Origin: Candidatus Spyradenecus sp.
GTDB lineage: Bacteria > Verrucomicrobiota > Verrucomicrobiia > Opitutales > UBA953
Assembly (NCBI GenBank): GCA_045535075.1
Contig: JAZSKX010000018.1
Span: forward strand, 96,001-160,000
Length of the DNA: 64,000 nucleotides
Direction: 5' to 3'
How positions within the stretch are numbered: the stretch's first letter is position 1; the number at the start of each line of letters is the position of its first letter. A program made the position numbers and the translations under genes. The notes beneath the pieces are model-generated. The model did no database searches. It had not been told where the DNA came from and was given only the letters and a program-made list of their open reading frames with translations. Below, piece by piece: positions 41,801-49,143 of the stretch.

Positions 41801-43989
41801 GTTTTAATGAGAGAACCTTCTCCGGAGATAATGCCGGAAAGAGAAACCTCTGAGCCGGTGTTCGCAGAAACAACCTTATTTTTGTCGTCAAATTTAAGTT
41901 TTCCGGTGTCAACAGTCGTCGCGCCTCCCAAGGTCAGATTCCTTGAAGAGCTCCATGCGTCGGCGAGAGAACCGATGGTCGCACTTCCCTTGAGTTCGAC
42001 AGAAAGAATATTGCTGTCGGAAATGCCTCCCGCTCCGACATTAATACGCCCGCCTTCGTGAACGTGAAGACGAACGACTCCTGTGTTGTTTCCCGAATCG
42101 GCAACCACTACGCCGGTATTGAAATTCGCTTCTCCGTAAACATTAATATCGCCGTTCCCGTCTTTATTGCTGATTCCGGCGTTCAACAAAGAAAGCGTCC
42201 CCCAAACGTTTACTGTTTGCGTTGCGCCCCAATGCCCTAATTGGAAAGAACCTTCGTTCCCGCCGGTGGAATTGGAACTTCCGGTAATAGTCAACGAACC
42301 GTCTTCACGAATATTCAACGTTCCCGCAGAGCTACCGCGCGACGTGCCGACATACTGCGTTCCTACGGCATCCCCCCAAATCTTTACCGTTCCGCCGGTT
42401 TGGAAAAGGCTGCCGAAAGTCGTCGAATCACCGCCGAAGGTTGTCGTATTTCCGACATAAACGGAAGTTGTTTCATCTCCGACGAAATTGCCTTCAAACG
42501 TTGTCGTTCCCTGTTCAAACGAAAACGACGCATCTTTAAGCAAGGTAAAATCATTTTCAAAGGTGAGATTCCCGCCACCGCGCTGTTTATTCACACCTTC
42601 TCCGTTGTAGTTAGTCATCGCTCCCTGCACTTCGAACAGTTGCGAGTACGAAACCGTTTCTCCGGTCCAAATATAAGTGCTCGCGAGAATAACTTTTTTA
42701 GTTCCTCCCAATTCGGAGTCTCTGGGAAGATTTGCATTCCCGGAGACCTGTAAGGTTCCTTCAAACCCGCTTCCCAACTTAATTCCGGCAGAATGGTTTG
42801 AAGGTTGCGCATTGAAGATGATTTTCCCCGTTCCCGTAATTGAGGAAACATCCGTTTTCGCCGAAGTCAAATTACCCAAGTTTATCGCGCCGTCTCCGTC
42901 AACCGACACCGAGCCGGTAAATTTTGCAAGCGACGACAAATCGGCTTTCAAGACACCTCCGGTTACGGAAACATTCCCGCTCGCCGAAACATTCCCGCTG
43001 ACGTTCCCGCCATTCGTAAACGTTAAATCGTTGCCGATGTTGAGTGTCGCCGAGCCTCCCGCCCGAATAACTCCCGGTCCGATAAGTGTAATTTTATTGC
43101 CGGACAGCGTTAGTGCGCCGCTCCCCGCGACTGTAATCGCATCCGTCGTAATCGCAGTTCCCGTAACATTAACCGCAGTGTCTGCCGACACATCAAACGC
43201 CGCATACGTTCCCGCTTCCGCAGTAGAATTCGTCCACGGAGTAGAGCCAATAGCCGTATCCGTCCAATTTGTCGCAGTCCCGCTAAGAGAAACGTTCGTT
43301 GCCGTTCCCGTATAGGTGTTGACGACCTGAATCCCGGAAAGCGTCGCACGATTCGATGTCGAACGCTCGTTTGTGAGAGAAACAAACCCGGAGACACCGG
43401 AAACCTTCAGGGCATTCGTCCCCAAAACTAAATTGTCGGAATAATCTCGACTTCCCCAAGCTCCGCTTCCTTCAACGGAACCGTTGGTTGCATCACCCTT
43501 ATAAAATGTCCCGTTTACGGAAACCGCACCGTATTTTCCGCCGTCCCCGGACAAATAAACGTAAACATCACAAACCAGGAATGTTGAATTAATATCAACG
43601 TTCCACGAACCAAGCCCCCAATTCGCCAAGTCATAGTACGAACCTTGAAGCGAACGGATTACCGTTCCGTTCGACCCGTATGGTCCCCAAGTTGCGAAGT
43701 CGCTTCGTGCGGTAACCGAAGCACCTTCAATCAGCGTCCCGTCGTAATTTTTAAGAGCGACTGTTTGTTGAGCGTTCCCGTTGACATTCGCCCAACCCGC
43801 TGCGCCAACCGCAGTCTGCACCCCGCCGTTATCGTAGGTCGCAAGCCCCGCCGTTCCCGTCATCGAATCCGTAATCGCATTTCCGGAATTCCCAAAATTG
43901 ATACTGATGATTTCTCCTGCGGCATGCGCAGTTGCCGTCATAGCGGCGGCGGCAAAAAGGGTCGTTAAGAAAAACTTGGGATTTTTCAT
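29845..43989 (-). CDS. Giant autotransporter adhesin (~4714 aa) with PATR repeats and a C-terminal beta-barrel
   Basis: Signal peptide MKNPKFFLTTLFAAAAMTATAHA from ATG 43989; many K-x-G-x-GTL-x-L...YxGGT repeats; C-terminal barrel ending GFRFTY. Confidence 0.92.
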   Translation of the reverse strand: MKNPKFFLTTLFAAAAMTATAHAAGEIISINFGNSGNAITDSMTGTAGLATYDNGGVQTAVGAAGWANVNGNAQQTVALKNYDGTLIEGASVTARSDFATWGPYGSNGTVIRSLQGSYYDLANWGLGSWNVDINSTFLVCDVYVYLSGDGGKYGAVSVNGTFYKGDATNGSVEGSGAWGSRDYSDNLVLGTNALKVSGVSGFVSLTNERSTSNRATLSGIQVVNTYTGTATNVSLSGTATNWTDTAIGSTPWTNSTAEAGTYAAFDVSADTAVNVTGTAITTDAITVAGSGALTLSGNKITLIGPGVIRAGGSATLNIGNDLTFTNGGNVSGNVSASGNVSVTGGVLKADLSSLAKFTGSVSVDGDGAINLGNLTSAKTDVSSITGTGKIIFNAQPSNHSAGIKLGSGFEGTLQVSGNANLPRDSELGGTKKVILASTYIWTGETVSYSQLFEVQGAMTNYNGEGVNKQRGGGNLTFENDFTLLKDASFSFEQGTTTFEGNFVGDETTSVYVGNTTTFGGDSTTFGSLFQTGGTVKIWGDAVGTQYVGTSRGSSAGTLNIREDGSLTITGSSNSTGGNEGSFQLGHWGATQTVNVWGTLSLLNAGISNKDGNGDINVYGEANFNTGVVVADSGNNTGVVRLHVHEGGRINVGAGGISDSNILSVELKGSATIGSLADAWSSSRNLTLGGATTVDTGKLKFDDKNKVVSANTGSEVSLSGIISGEGSLIKTGAGTLTLSGNNTYTGGTEISGGTLVVGNSNALGTGGVVLSAGTLDAQALDSLTLPSLSASSGSTLSLGMLSTDTAALTTTGTLTLDKGMIFDLSPALGGAEKITYILAEGATLNGITATDVNTMNRNNLLFGGLAATERVGAVFVLDGNVLKLELAKPVFTDLTWIGGNGATWKYQGDTLWSSQIATETGATPKFENGDTVIFNTAGASVAVEGAVQPGGIIVNENVTFTAVADSGASLALAAGTALTVADGKTATIDASLGTTGLLKKAGTGTLELSGAAASLFSSAQITEGRVNLLSAESLKSAIMAEISEGATLGFSVSADQSVALPSMFSGSGTLEKIGAGTISLSGFGFDGTLQVSEGSLAVSGGTNTVGTLKISGGTANFSGGETTATNGITVENAELTLAAGGQSSVLRGTVTVNDGGLVRLTAGDATGWGGGATAITSLIVNEGGELRIETDATPSGGQNQTFTGGITLKGGKVTGTAGVSGENSKIDLYDSNQGITTLASDTTALISATIGLRKNGTFNVAKGTTADGVDLEVSGWLTNYGQIYTQQPDVQTALTKTGAGTMKLSGDNRYWIKGGTVAEGKLIAASATALGTGALAVESGATLEFSAGSGNFANALSGSGEIVVNSTGTITLSGENTLDGNISVSAGKLVAGSASALGTGTVSVASGATLGRGDASVSAGDLTLASGATLAFGSVFTGTAYSVAGTADLSSDIKFDFAANFSSGTYELISAGTLNLDTSALSESNLSFGGETSSRASAVFSVEDNKLVLDLVKKVYTDLIWQDSADAKWENRGATLWASQAAGGTTTFENGDSVTFGSANANVTVAGNIVVGSITATESATLSTGTAETSALTIDGKVTVDEGKTLTFDKTIATSGALAKEGAGTFVVAADATGVFDSVNIAEGAFGLSVADGTVTFAGTISGSGSFEKLGAGTLELSSAQNYSGGTLVSDGTLKITNKNALGSGLITVGNGAVLDLAVNMDGSTNKYILAGGMLSASVETGSGNAQIASGAGTIVLTADSSVGGTANFGMISSSYAANTLELGGNTLTKTGSNTFFLASTTITSGTIEVEEGVIQVVNTLKADGDVTFNIADSANLGFNGKNFEILENANVTIAGTFNSPATITVNKGAVLDLTQASRKENGGGSGSLVIAGGTVKMAKMNWGAGSNFGANFNSDRITLRDGGVLDVTAAQASGSESAGLTVNEGTYRYSGTGTSYINAGGGAINISKALTLDVVDKDAVLNIAKTISAIGSVKLTGAGTVLLSGNNNYSGGTILENGTLAVGSASAVGSGTLTLAGGNLTKADGVSDAIKLTGNVSVKASGSVKNLSFGGVEDGEGNVSGGVWYFTESVDTSFSGVALTDVSFSKTTIDVSGVDFDDDNLTMTLFTNYAGTAEDFIVSGGTGAGTISVDASKNVIFTAGENYLTLVWNPDATEPGNDKIWSASQFNGKDYSAAPTLRKYKFMATAADATETATIKGEVNAKRLNVLGNYTFTGLADDAGTAAKLVFAASSDDAGTLSGMGEVSVVKDATIAFEKTVATSGSIVKKGEGKLVVAADASEVLQTVQIQEGAFGLSVSEGETATYAGTVYDYGDGIFEKLGAGTLVLSGEKEWFEGTLLVSEGTLKLGKSSALGAATVSVVIGENGTLDLNGQTRDKNYGNYILAGGALINTGDEIGDGSKQLAGGMSLTADSSVGGTSNFGMVSSGWGANTLDLAGHTLTKTGSNTFFLCNTTVTPGTIKIDDGTVRFVNAVTAGGDLTFNTASSANLDFNGKDLKIVADANVAILGTFNNPGMITVGADATLDLTQASRKEDSGGNGTLVVNGGTVKIANMAWGAGSNFGANFNSDRIRLNANSVLEVTAAQSPETSARVGFTVNGGESTYRYSGAGTSYVVENETNQRIQLSGGTLAWDVVNADASLEVSKVIEGSGSVKLDSTGTVMLSGENTYSGGTTIARGTLKVGSDSALGTGTLTIAKDGVLETGAVESTAVNNVIAGTGTVNAKGDTTLGGVNTFSGKYAVTDKATLTVAGKLGSDSVVAEIAGGSALKYAPTANTTASGIVKLEKDTSLINASADDVITTLATTVSGDGNIRQVAGTMNIASASLGEFNGTFVLEGGTLAGLNLDTSTASVSASVSGGTMKNWTLDKATGTVAVTAADSVALEGTLALKAGTLSLESLHETAYFTGTASVEISDGFIFNFQNLSLQDTDDPNTKTASVQVFDSGLTLIGWDKVGFEDIRISGKEIDAHYNVDIGNSGDVTITLTSQTIIWNAGSTGTWDNQKMNWELSDGAGIAFADYDTVRFENNAEVEISGNLIPAEIVVADNVDLTLKGFGSVLGGTTTVGNGASFQLSVVAGAVPTFKNKVSGTGTFVLNNTIDASFSATLNGANTLSGSVGFEKLGAGTLAADASQNAYSGAVSLKEGKILVSETNALGTGTLSLSGGTLEVAAAKETSVVVNNVITGSTPDNAALTLSGEGTVTLTQANTYTGKTAVSGNAIAQNAKAFGESSVEVSGSVTLGGADAGFENDFSGNGRLSLAKSATLSGDVSELTGTLTVDSGATLKANSASNFAGTLELSGSATFEKVGSEKFTISEIIKGDSKSAITVSDGTLAVGGANAQSFAGTLTVNASKAFEKIGANTLTLSGALAGTGSISVKEGALSFGGLKDQSFAGTVSLEAGTTLEKVRSNTLTLSGKLSGAGSLKVAGGILELSTADDYALEATVSGAGTLKKSDIGKLTLATGTNVANIDLAGGTLGNVEIGNNAVALLKVSATGTTLDALTANGGTLDVSAAAVTLAGATELSGGTIVLGGKDAASLIVTGTTTITKSDALVFNLSDFTADDYPTHTSPNTLGETATVVYKVFDVNTGATLDGWTALDKGNFTIGSGAALSDRASLELGTNGSLSLTNEIYSLTWNASEGTWATGDGKSWKNNDSSKATDTAYMNSDRVTFASDATVSLGSNVAPTSLSVNDGADLTIAASDSYKITGAGTVTVGKDASLILNSAHDYTGATTLADGATVRLNLSANNASQFASDLVLAENATGTLLVDTQKFGATGFADLDTVFTGKVGDGVWSFEKLGEGTLTVASKMSAFTSEDFVNIAAGTLKLMEVDAIGSAKTTIAEGAVLEVASSKDATFMLAFSGLGDFRKSGGGTLTLAHSNAMFGGNALVAEGTLKLADAGALGDSRKSTTLEVIRNAQLDLAFGGSFGKELKGEGTVNYALADRLILTADSDEFVGTFSLKADNAVATARQATSFGNGTIAFEGENGNLMFELTPASGQTVADVFSGSFEGAGTISVETGLGIAMTLSGSSADFEGCFDLKSGSTLVAEKGDAVGNEKASLILGKDAEIRVGSAENSSITALISGEGAFTKVGEGRLEISNPSNDFTGMVTVKSGVLRAVSLASLGKSAQVLLDSEDAVLELKTVAGKTETLNKVIRGSGSLSAIGGGVLNWQSAEKRFGGILSVSDKTTLNTSDFFKVESGSVVLNNGGVWNANGGLSVEGNSVISLFAAQDMALAYGMQSRASQTLDAGTQLRVGGFVAAANKSGSVVLEDISITPTDGGNGALICFDIESVKDAETPRISLTNDASVSLDNVAVEVTLDESIRSAWEVPEIEFVYRDGSAADISGDVESVTVIMADGTEVKYVYDSRVGHLSLSPVSPDMNLAYAAMVAMPTEVFNQDVQSLHRRMEQRRFETLSNKDEWQFFAQAQSMSVENGSDRSDSAVFDFSTYGALVGGDVRLSESTVFGMALAYDRGTADIHDNQGEISMDSYRATIYAGTVFNDYYFAEGGAHFGFASYEVERCGDYGNNKGDTDGWSAGLFANAGGVIPTSVENLYLTPYVGLSYLHTAVEKIEETGTRSMTTDSFNADSLRARIGIGSSYSFAIGEMPTRFGLDLAYSHEFLDDEVDADVGATGVAYSRRITEKALPEDAVSVGASFDFTLSENTGLFLNYTVDLGMNSDISHRGNVGFRFTY

Positions 43990-44367
43990 AAGTAGAATTG
44001 AGTAACTTGGGTGATTGCAAAGAGTTTCTGAGCGCGGAATACACCGCATATTGGCGAATAGGATGCAAGCTTCTATGAAATTTCGCAATAAAATTTCGTT
44101 CCCGCGCGGGCAAACGGGAGAGTTCTCCGTCGCCGAAAGGTCTTTGGAATTAACTTCGATTAAACCGCTTTTGCTCGCTAACGCTCCGCCGAAAATCAAA
44201 ACACATGAATTCTCCAAAATTCCGCAAGCAAGTCGTTAGGCGCGTAGAAATTGAACGAATCGGAGTTAAAAAATCTTAAGAACTCAACGATTCGTCCCAA
44301 TCGAAGCTCTCGTTCGAGATTTTAATTTATTCTCCGGGCATTTTTTTGATATGCTCGGGTGTTTATT

Positions 44368-45519
44368 ATGATGTCTGCCGAGTCCAACACGCATTTCACC
44401 GTTTTGAAAACCGATCCCGCAAGCGCAGCGCGCCGTTGCGAACTGCGCACACGCCACGGGAACGTGCAAACGCCGGTTTTCATGCCCGTAGGGACGCAAG
44501 GCACGGTCAAATCGCTCACGCCCGCGCAAGTCAGAGAAACGGGCGCGCAAATCATTCTCGGCAACACTTATCACCTGAATTTACGCCCGGGACCGCAAAC
44601 CGTGCGCGCACTCGGAGGCTTGCACAAATTCATGGATTGGGACGGACCGATTCTGACGGATTCCGGCGGCTTCCAGGTTTTTTCCCTTTCCAAACTGAGA
44701 AAAATCACCGACGCGGGTATCACGTTCGCCTCGCACTTGGACGGGGCGCGCATCACGCTCACGCCGCGTAGCTGCCTCGACATTCAAAGCGCACTCGGTA
44801 GCGATATCGCGATGGTTTTGGATATTTGCCCGCCGTTCCCGGCGAAAAAACGCGACGTTGCCGACGCCAATCGCACAACTTTGCGCTGGGCAAACGAATT
44901 CCTCTGCCACGCGATTGACGATGGCTTCATCGCTGCCGGGCATCACGTTTTCGGCATCGTCCAAGGCGGGATTTACGACGACTTGCGCCGCGAATGCGCC
45001 GAAGCCCTTTCGCAAATGGATTTTCCCGGCTACGCCATCGGCGGCGTTTCCGTCGGCGAACCCGAGCCGGAAATGCTCCAGCAGGTTGCCTCGAGCACAC
45101 CGTTTCTCCCGCATTTTAAGCCGCGCTACGTCATGGGCGTGGGCACTCCGCCGCAACTTCTGAAAATGATTGCTCTCGGTGCGGACATGTTTGACTGCGT
45201 GATGCCCACGCGCCTCGCCCGCCACGGCACCGCGTTCACGCCGGACGGCACAATCAACATTAAAAACGAAAAATTCAAACTCGACGAATCTCCGCTCGTT
45301 GACGGTTTGGACAATTATACCTGCCGCCGTTTTTCGCGCGCGTATCTGCGCCATCTATACGTTTCCGGCGAAATGCTCTCGTCCGTGCTTTTGAGCATTC
45401 ACAACATTCATTTCTTCCAAGACCTGATGCGCCAAGCGCGGGAACACATCGAAGCGGGAGACTTCACGCCGTGGTCGCGCGAATGGATCGCCCGCTACGA
45501 AGCAGGGAAGAAAGGCTGA
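44368..45519 (+). CDS. tgt: tRNA-guanine transglycosylase
   Basis: TPVFMPVGT.G, LGNTYHL, TDSGGFQVFSL and DMFDCVMPTR. Confidence 0.96.
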   Translation: MMSAESNTHFTVLKTDPASAARRCELRTRHGNVQTPVFMPVGTQGTVKSLTPAQVRETGAQIILGNTYHLNLRPGPQTVRALGGLHKFMDWDGPILTDSGGFQVFSLSKLRKITDAGITFASHLDGARITLTPRSCLDIQSALGSDIAMVLDICPPFPAKKRDVADANRTTLRWANEFLCHAIDDGFIAAGHHVFGIVQGGIYDDLRRECAEALSQMDFPGYAIGGVSVGEPEPEMLQQVASSTPFLPHFKPRYVMGVGTPPQLLKMIALGADMFDCVMPTRLARHGTAFTPDGTINIKNEKFKLDESPLVDGLDNYTCRRFSRAYLRHLYVSGEMLSSVLLSIHNIHFFQDLMRQAREHIEAGDFTPWSREWIARYEAGKKG

Positions 45520-45556
45520 AGCTTAAAGAGGTTGCGAGATTATTTATACGAAAAAT

Positions 45557-45595
45557 AAAAAAGCGTTCCCGCGAAATGAATCACGGGAACGCTTT
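45557..45595. terminator. Bidirectional terminator built from an inverted motif pair
   Basis: AAAGCGTTCCCGCGA-aatgaa-TCACGGGAACGCTTT. Confidence 0.85.
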
Positions 45596-45615
45596 CAAAA
45601 AGGCTGAACGGGAAA

Positions 45616-46335
45616 TTATTCCTCGAAGACTTCTTCCTCTTCGACAACTTCTTCCTCTTCGGCGTACTCTTCTTCCTCGACAGCTTCCAAAGCATCTCCG
45701 GAATCTTGCGGTTTTGCTTTTTCTGCCGCAGCTGCAACCGCCGCAACGTCTTCCGGATCAATCCAAACCGTACAATCGATTTCGTCTCCCGGAACAAGCG
45801 TCGGAGCGCCTACCACTCCGTCCATTTCTTCTGCGACATAGCGTCCGCCTTCTTCCGCACTCACAATTTGAACGAGTGCGTGATCGCCGCTTTTGGAAAG
45901 AACAACCTTTTCGCCGACCTTAAACGCCGAAGCGGAGTCGAACTGAATGAGCGAGCAATCAACATTGTAAGCGACGACGCGCGCTTTTCCTTCTTCCGGC
46001 GTCGGGAGCGGTTCGCTATCCGCCTTTGTTGCTTCAATTGCTGCCAGTGCTCGTTCCTTATTGGCCTGACGAAGCGCAGGATAAGCTGCGAGCAACGGAC
46101 CATTCTCAGAAGCCGTTACCGCAGGAGCAGCAACCGCGGCTTCCTCGGCGGGAGCTACCGCCGGAGCCTCCGCAACCTCGGGAGCCTGAGTGTAACTTGC
46201 CGCCGGCTTCGCTTTTGCCTTAGAGACGGAAGAACCGGCAGACCACGGGCTTTTCGCGGAGCCGTCGCCGTTAGAAGCACAACCGGCGCAAACGAGAATT
46301 GAAACAGAAGCAAGAATGGCGAGAAGATTTCTCAT
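45616..46335 (-). CDS. Hypothetical lipoprotein with Ala/Pro-rich linker and acidic tail
   Basis: CAG|C lipobox; host-like codon usage. Confidence 0.75.
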   Translation of the reverse strand: MRNLLAILASVSILVCAGCASNGDGSAKSPWSAGSSVSKAKAKPAASYTQAPEVAEAPAVAPAEEAAVAAPAVTASENGPLLAAYPALRQANKERALAAIEATKADSEPLPTPEEGKARVVAYNVDCSLIQFDSASAFKVGEKVVLSKSGDHALVQIVSAEEGGRYVAEEMDGVVGAPTLVPGDEIDCTVWIDPEDVAAVAAAAEKAKPQDSGDALEAVEEEEYAEEEEVVEEEEVFEE

Positions 46336-46518
46336 GATAGTTGTTAAAATTTCGGGTGTAATTTGGGATAAACTAGGAAATTCGAGACTGCAAAAGACGC
46401 AATTTCTGCGAAAAGAGTCGCATCGACCGTGTAAATTGTCAACTCATTTCTTGCGCCTTGACAAGATTCCGCCCGATGTAAATGCTTGGGAGCTTATTTT
46501 TTCACCGTAGTTATAAAA

Positions 46519-47403
46519 ATGGCAAACTCCACACCGCTTCTGATGCTCGGCATGCCCAAAGGCAGCCTCGAAGAATCCACGCTCGCCCTTTTCGCAAAGG
46601 CAGGCTATCCCGTCGTAAAAAGCTCCCGCTCGTATCGTCCGTCGTTTGACGATCCCGCGCTTGACGGTCGCTTTGTCCGCGCGCAGGAAATCGCCCGCTA
46701 CGTCGAGCACGGATTTTTTGACTGCGGCTTGACGGGCTACGATTGGGTTGTGGAAAACAACGCCGATGTCGTCGAAGTTTGCGACCTCGTCTATTCCCGC
46801 GCCTCGAATGTTCAAAGCCGCTGGGTTATCTGCGTTCCCGAAGCCTCCGAGATCAAAACAGTCAAGGACTTGCAAGGGAAACGCATCGCGACGGAACTCG
46901 TCGGCACGACGCGCCGCTTCCTCGAAAGCCACGGCGTTACCGCGCAGGTCGAATTTTCCTGGGGCGCGACGGAAGTCAAGGTTCCGGATTTGGCGGACGC
47001 GATTGTCGATTTGACCGAAACCGGAAGCTCCATCAAGGCGAACAAGCTCCGCATCGTCGATACGATTTTAAAAACCAACACCAAGCTCATTGCCAACAAG
47101 CAGGCTTGGGAAAATCCGGAAAAACGCGCCAAAATTGAATCCATCGCCATGATGCTTCAATCCGCGCTCACGGCAAAACACCTCGTCGGTTTGAAATTCA
47201 ACCTCCCGCGCGAAAAGCTCGACGAAGTCGTCGAAAAACTTCCCGCGATGCGCAATCCGACCATTTCGCCGCTCTCGAACGAAGCTTGGATCGCCGTTGA
47301 AACCATTATCGACAGCAAGCTCACGCGCGACATCATTCCCGCGCTCAAAGCCTGCAAAGCGGAAGGAATCATCGAATACCCGCTCAACAAGGTCGTTTAC
47401 TAA
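46519..47403 (+). CDS. hisG: ATP phosphoribosyltransferase (long form)
   Basis: PKGSL, RAQEI, SWGATEVK and DLTETGSS. Confidence 0.95.
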   Translation: MANSTPLLMLGMPKGSLEESTLALFAKAGYPVVKSSRSYRPSFDDPALDGRFVRAQEIARYVEHGFFDCGLTGYDWVVENNADVVEVCDLVYSRASNVQSRWVICVPEASEIKTVKDLQGKRIATELVGTTRRFLESHGVTAQVEFSWGATEVKVPDLADAIVDLTETGSSIKANKLRIVDTILKTNTKLIANKQAWENPEKRAKIESIAMMLQSALTAKHLVGLKFNLPREKLDEVVEKLPAMRNPTISPLSNEAWIAVETIIDSKLTRDIIPALKACKAEGIIEYPLNKVVY

Positions 47404-47475
47404 TAAAGACGGAAGGAATCGGAAACCGGCAAACGAGTGTTTCTTTCCTCTCCTCTTTAATTTTTAATCTAAAAC

Positions 47476-47515
47476 AAAAAAGCGTTCCCGCCGGCTTCGA
47501 CGGGAACGCTTTTTT
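47476..47515. terminator. Bidirectional terminator built from an inverted motif pair
   Basis: AAAAAAGCGTTCCCG-ccggcttcga-CGGGAACGCTTTTTT. Confidence 0.88.
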
Positions 47516-47536
47516 GTCTGCACTCGCGGGAACGCG

Positions 47537-48877
47537 TTAGGCAACACGCTCAACGACGAGGCTGATATCATTCGGGCGCTTCGGCGCGAGGCGATAAGCG
47601 CTACGGAAATATTCCATCGCCTTATCGAGATTGGATTCGTCGTTGTAGAGAATTTCCACAAGCGGCTCGCCCTGCTTGACCTGCGTCCCGACTTTTTTCA
47701 GATTGACCAACCCGACGGCAGGATCGTAGGAGCCGTCTTTACGGCGCGCCAGTTCCTGAACGCCGCGAGCAATCATCCCGGCATTAATCATGTGAACATA
47801 GCCGCGCTTCGCAGCAGGAAGTTTCTTCGAGTATTTAGCCTTCGGGAATTTTTCCGGATTATCGATCCAGTCCGGCTTTCCGCCCTGAGCGACAATCATA
47901 TCACGGAATTTCTTCAACGCAGACCCGTCCTTGAGCGCACGTTCAACCGACTGCTTTGCAGAAAGCGTCGATCCCGCGACACCGGCAAGGCGCACCATTT
48001 CCATTCCAAGCTTGAGAAGCAATTCCTTCAAATCTTCCGGACCTTCACCTTTAAGCAACTCGACAATTTCGAGCAGCTCCAAGCCCGTACCGACCGTGTT
48101 CCCGAGCGGCTGATTCGCATCCGTAACAAGCGCGACACAACGACGGGACATCCCGCGCGCGACGCGCGTGATCGTGCGTGCGAGCTGTTTTGCCTGTTCC
48201 AAATCCCGAATGTAGGAACCATTCCCCCATTTGACATCCACGACAAGACCTTCGCAACCTTCAGCAAATTTTTTGGAAAGGATGCTGCTCGTAATAAGCG
48301 GCAGGCTCGAAACCGTCGCCGTTTGCTGGCGCAAATCGCTGAGCATATCATCAATCGGAGCAATGTGTTTACTCTGCTCGACAACGGCACAACCGACACG
48401 GCGAAGCACCGTCTCATAGTCTTTCACCGAAAGATTCGCTTTGAATCCGGGAATCGCCTTCATCTTATCGACCGAGGTGATAATAAAATCTTCGTCCTTG
48501 GAAACCATGGTCGGAACAACAACTCCGCAAGCCGCAGAAAGCGCAGCAAGCGCAATCGTCGTCTTGTCCCCGACTCCGCCGGTCGAAACTTTTGACATTT
48601 TCGGATCCGTAATGCTGTTAAGTTCAACCGTGTCTCCGGAAAACATCATTTCCTCGGAAAGAGCCGACATTTCGTTTGCCGACATCGACTTAAAATAAAT
48701 TGCCATCAGGAGAGCGGCCTGCTGAGCCGTCGGCATCTGCTCATTGATAATCGCATCAACAATCGTCCGAATTTCATCACTTGTGAACTCACCGCCGTCT
48801 CGCTTCTTCTCAATGAGATATGCATAGGTAGAGCGCATATCTTTATCTTTCTTACTGTCCGTTTTTTTCTCTGCCAT
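47537..48877 (-). CDS. Thymidine/pyrimidine-nucleoside phosphorylase homologue with a degenerate phosphate-binding site
   Basis: KKRDG, STGGVGDK, SILSKK, DVK.G.G and QPLG..VG are present; the canonical SGRGLGHTGGT loop is absent. Confidence 0.8.
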   Translation of the reverse strand: MAEKKTDSKKDKDMRSTYAYLIEKKRDGGEFTSDEIRTIVDAIINEQMPTAQQAALLMAIYFKSMSANEMSALSEEMMFSGDTVELNSITDPKMSKVSTGGVGDKTTIALAALSAACGVVVPTMVSKDEDFIITSVDKMKAIPGFKANLSVKDYETVLRRVGCAVVEQSKHIAPIDDMLSDLRQQTATVSSLPLITSSILSKKFAEGCEGLVVDVKWGNGSYIRDLEQAKQLARTITRVARGMSRRCVALVTDANQPLGNTVGTGLELLEIVELLKGEGPEDLKELLLKLGMEMVRLAGVAGSTLSAKQSVERALKDGSALKKFRDMIVAQGGKPDWIDNPEKFPKAKYSKKLPAAKRGYVHMINAGMIARGVQELARRKDGSYDPAVGLVNLKKVGTQVKQGEPLVEILYNDESNLDKAMEYFRSAYRLAPKRPNDISLVVERVA

Positions 48878-49143
48878 TTTGATATAGTATATTTTCTGTT
48901 GTTTACGGGTTAAAAGCCGATGTTAGCGAATAAGATTGCAGAAAAAATTAAAAAAGTCGAGAATAAAAAACTCGACAAGAAAGATTTTTAAGGATAAGAG
49001 CGAAAAAAAATCAACGCGCAACCCGAACGCTCCGCCAATCGCTTTACAGCCTCCGTAAAAGCACATTTTTTTGTTTGCGACAAACAGCAAAGAGAGGGAA
49101 AATCCAAGCCATCAGGAAACCAATTTTAACGCTAAATAAAACT

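Noticed and set aside
43990..44217. 76-aa N-terminal extension of the autotransporter in the ORF track
   Set aside because: A typical signal peptide starts at ATG 43989; the extension is probably promoter/UTR. The same applies to the extended starts for GH20, gluQ, hisF, kbl and the POT transporter.
19837..45519. gluQ, queF and tgt as a queuosine gene cluster
   Set aside because: They are separated by 8-15 kb of unrelated genes and in different orientations; no shared operon or riboswitch was identified.
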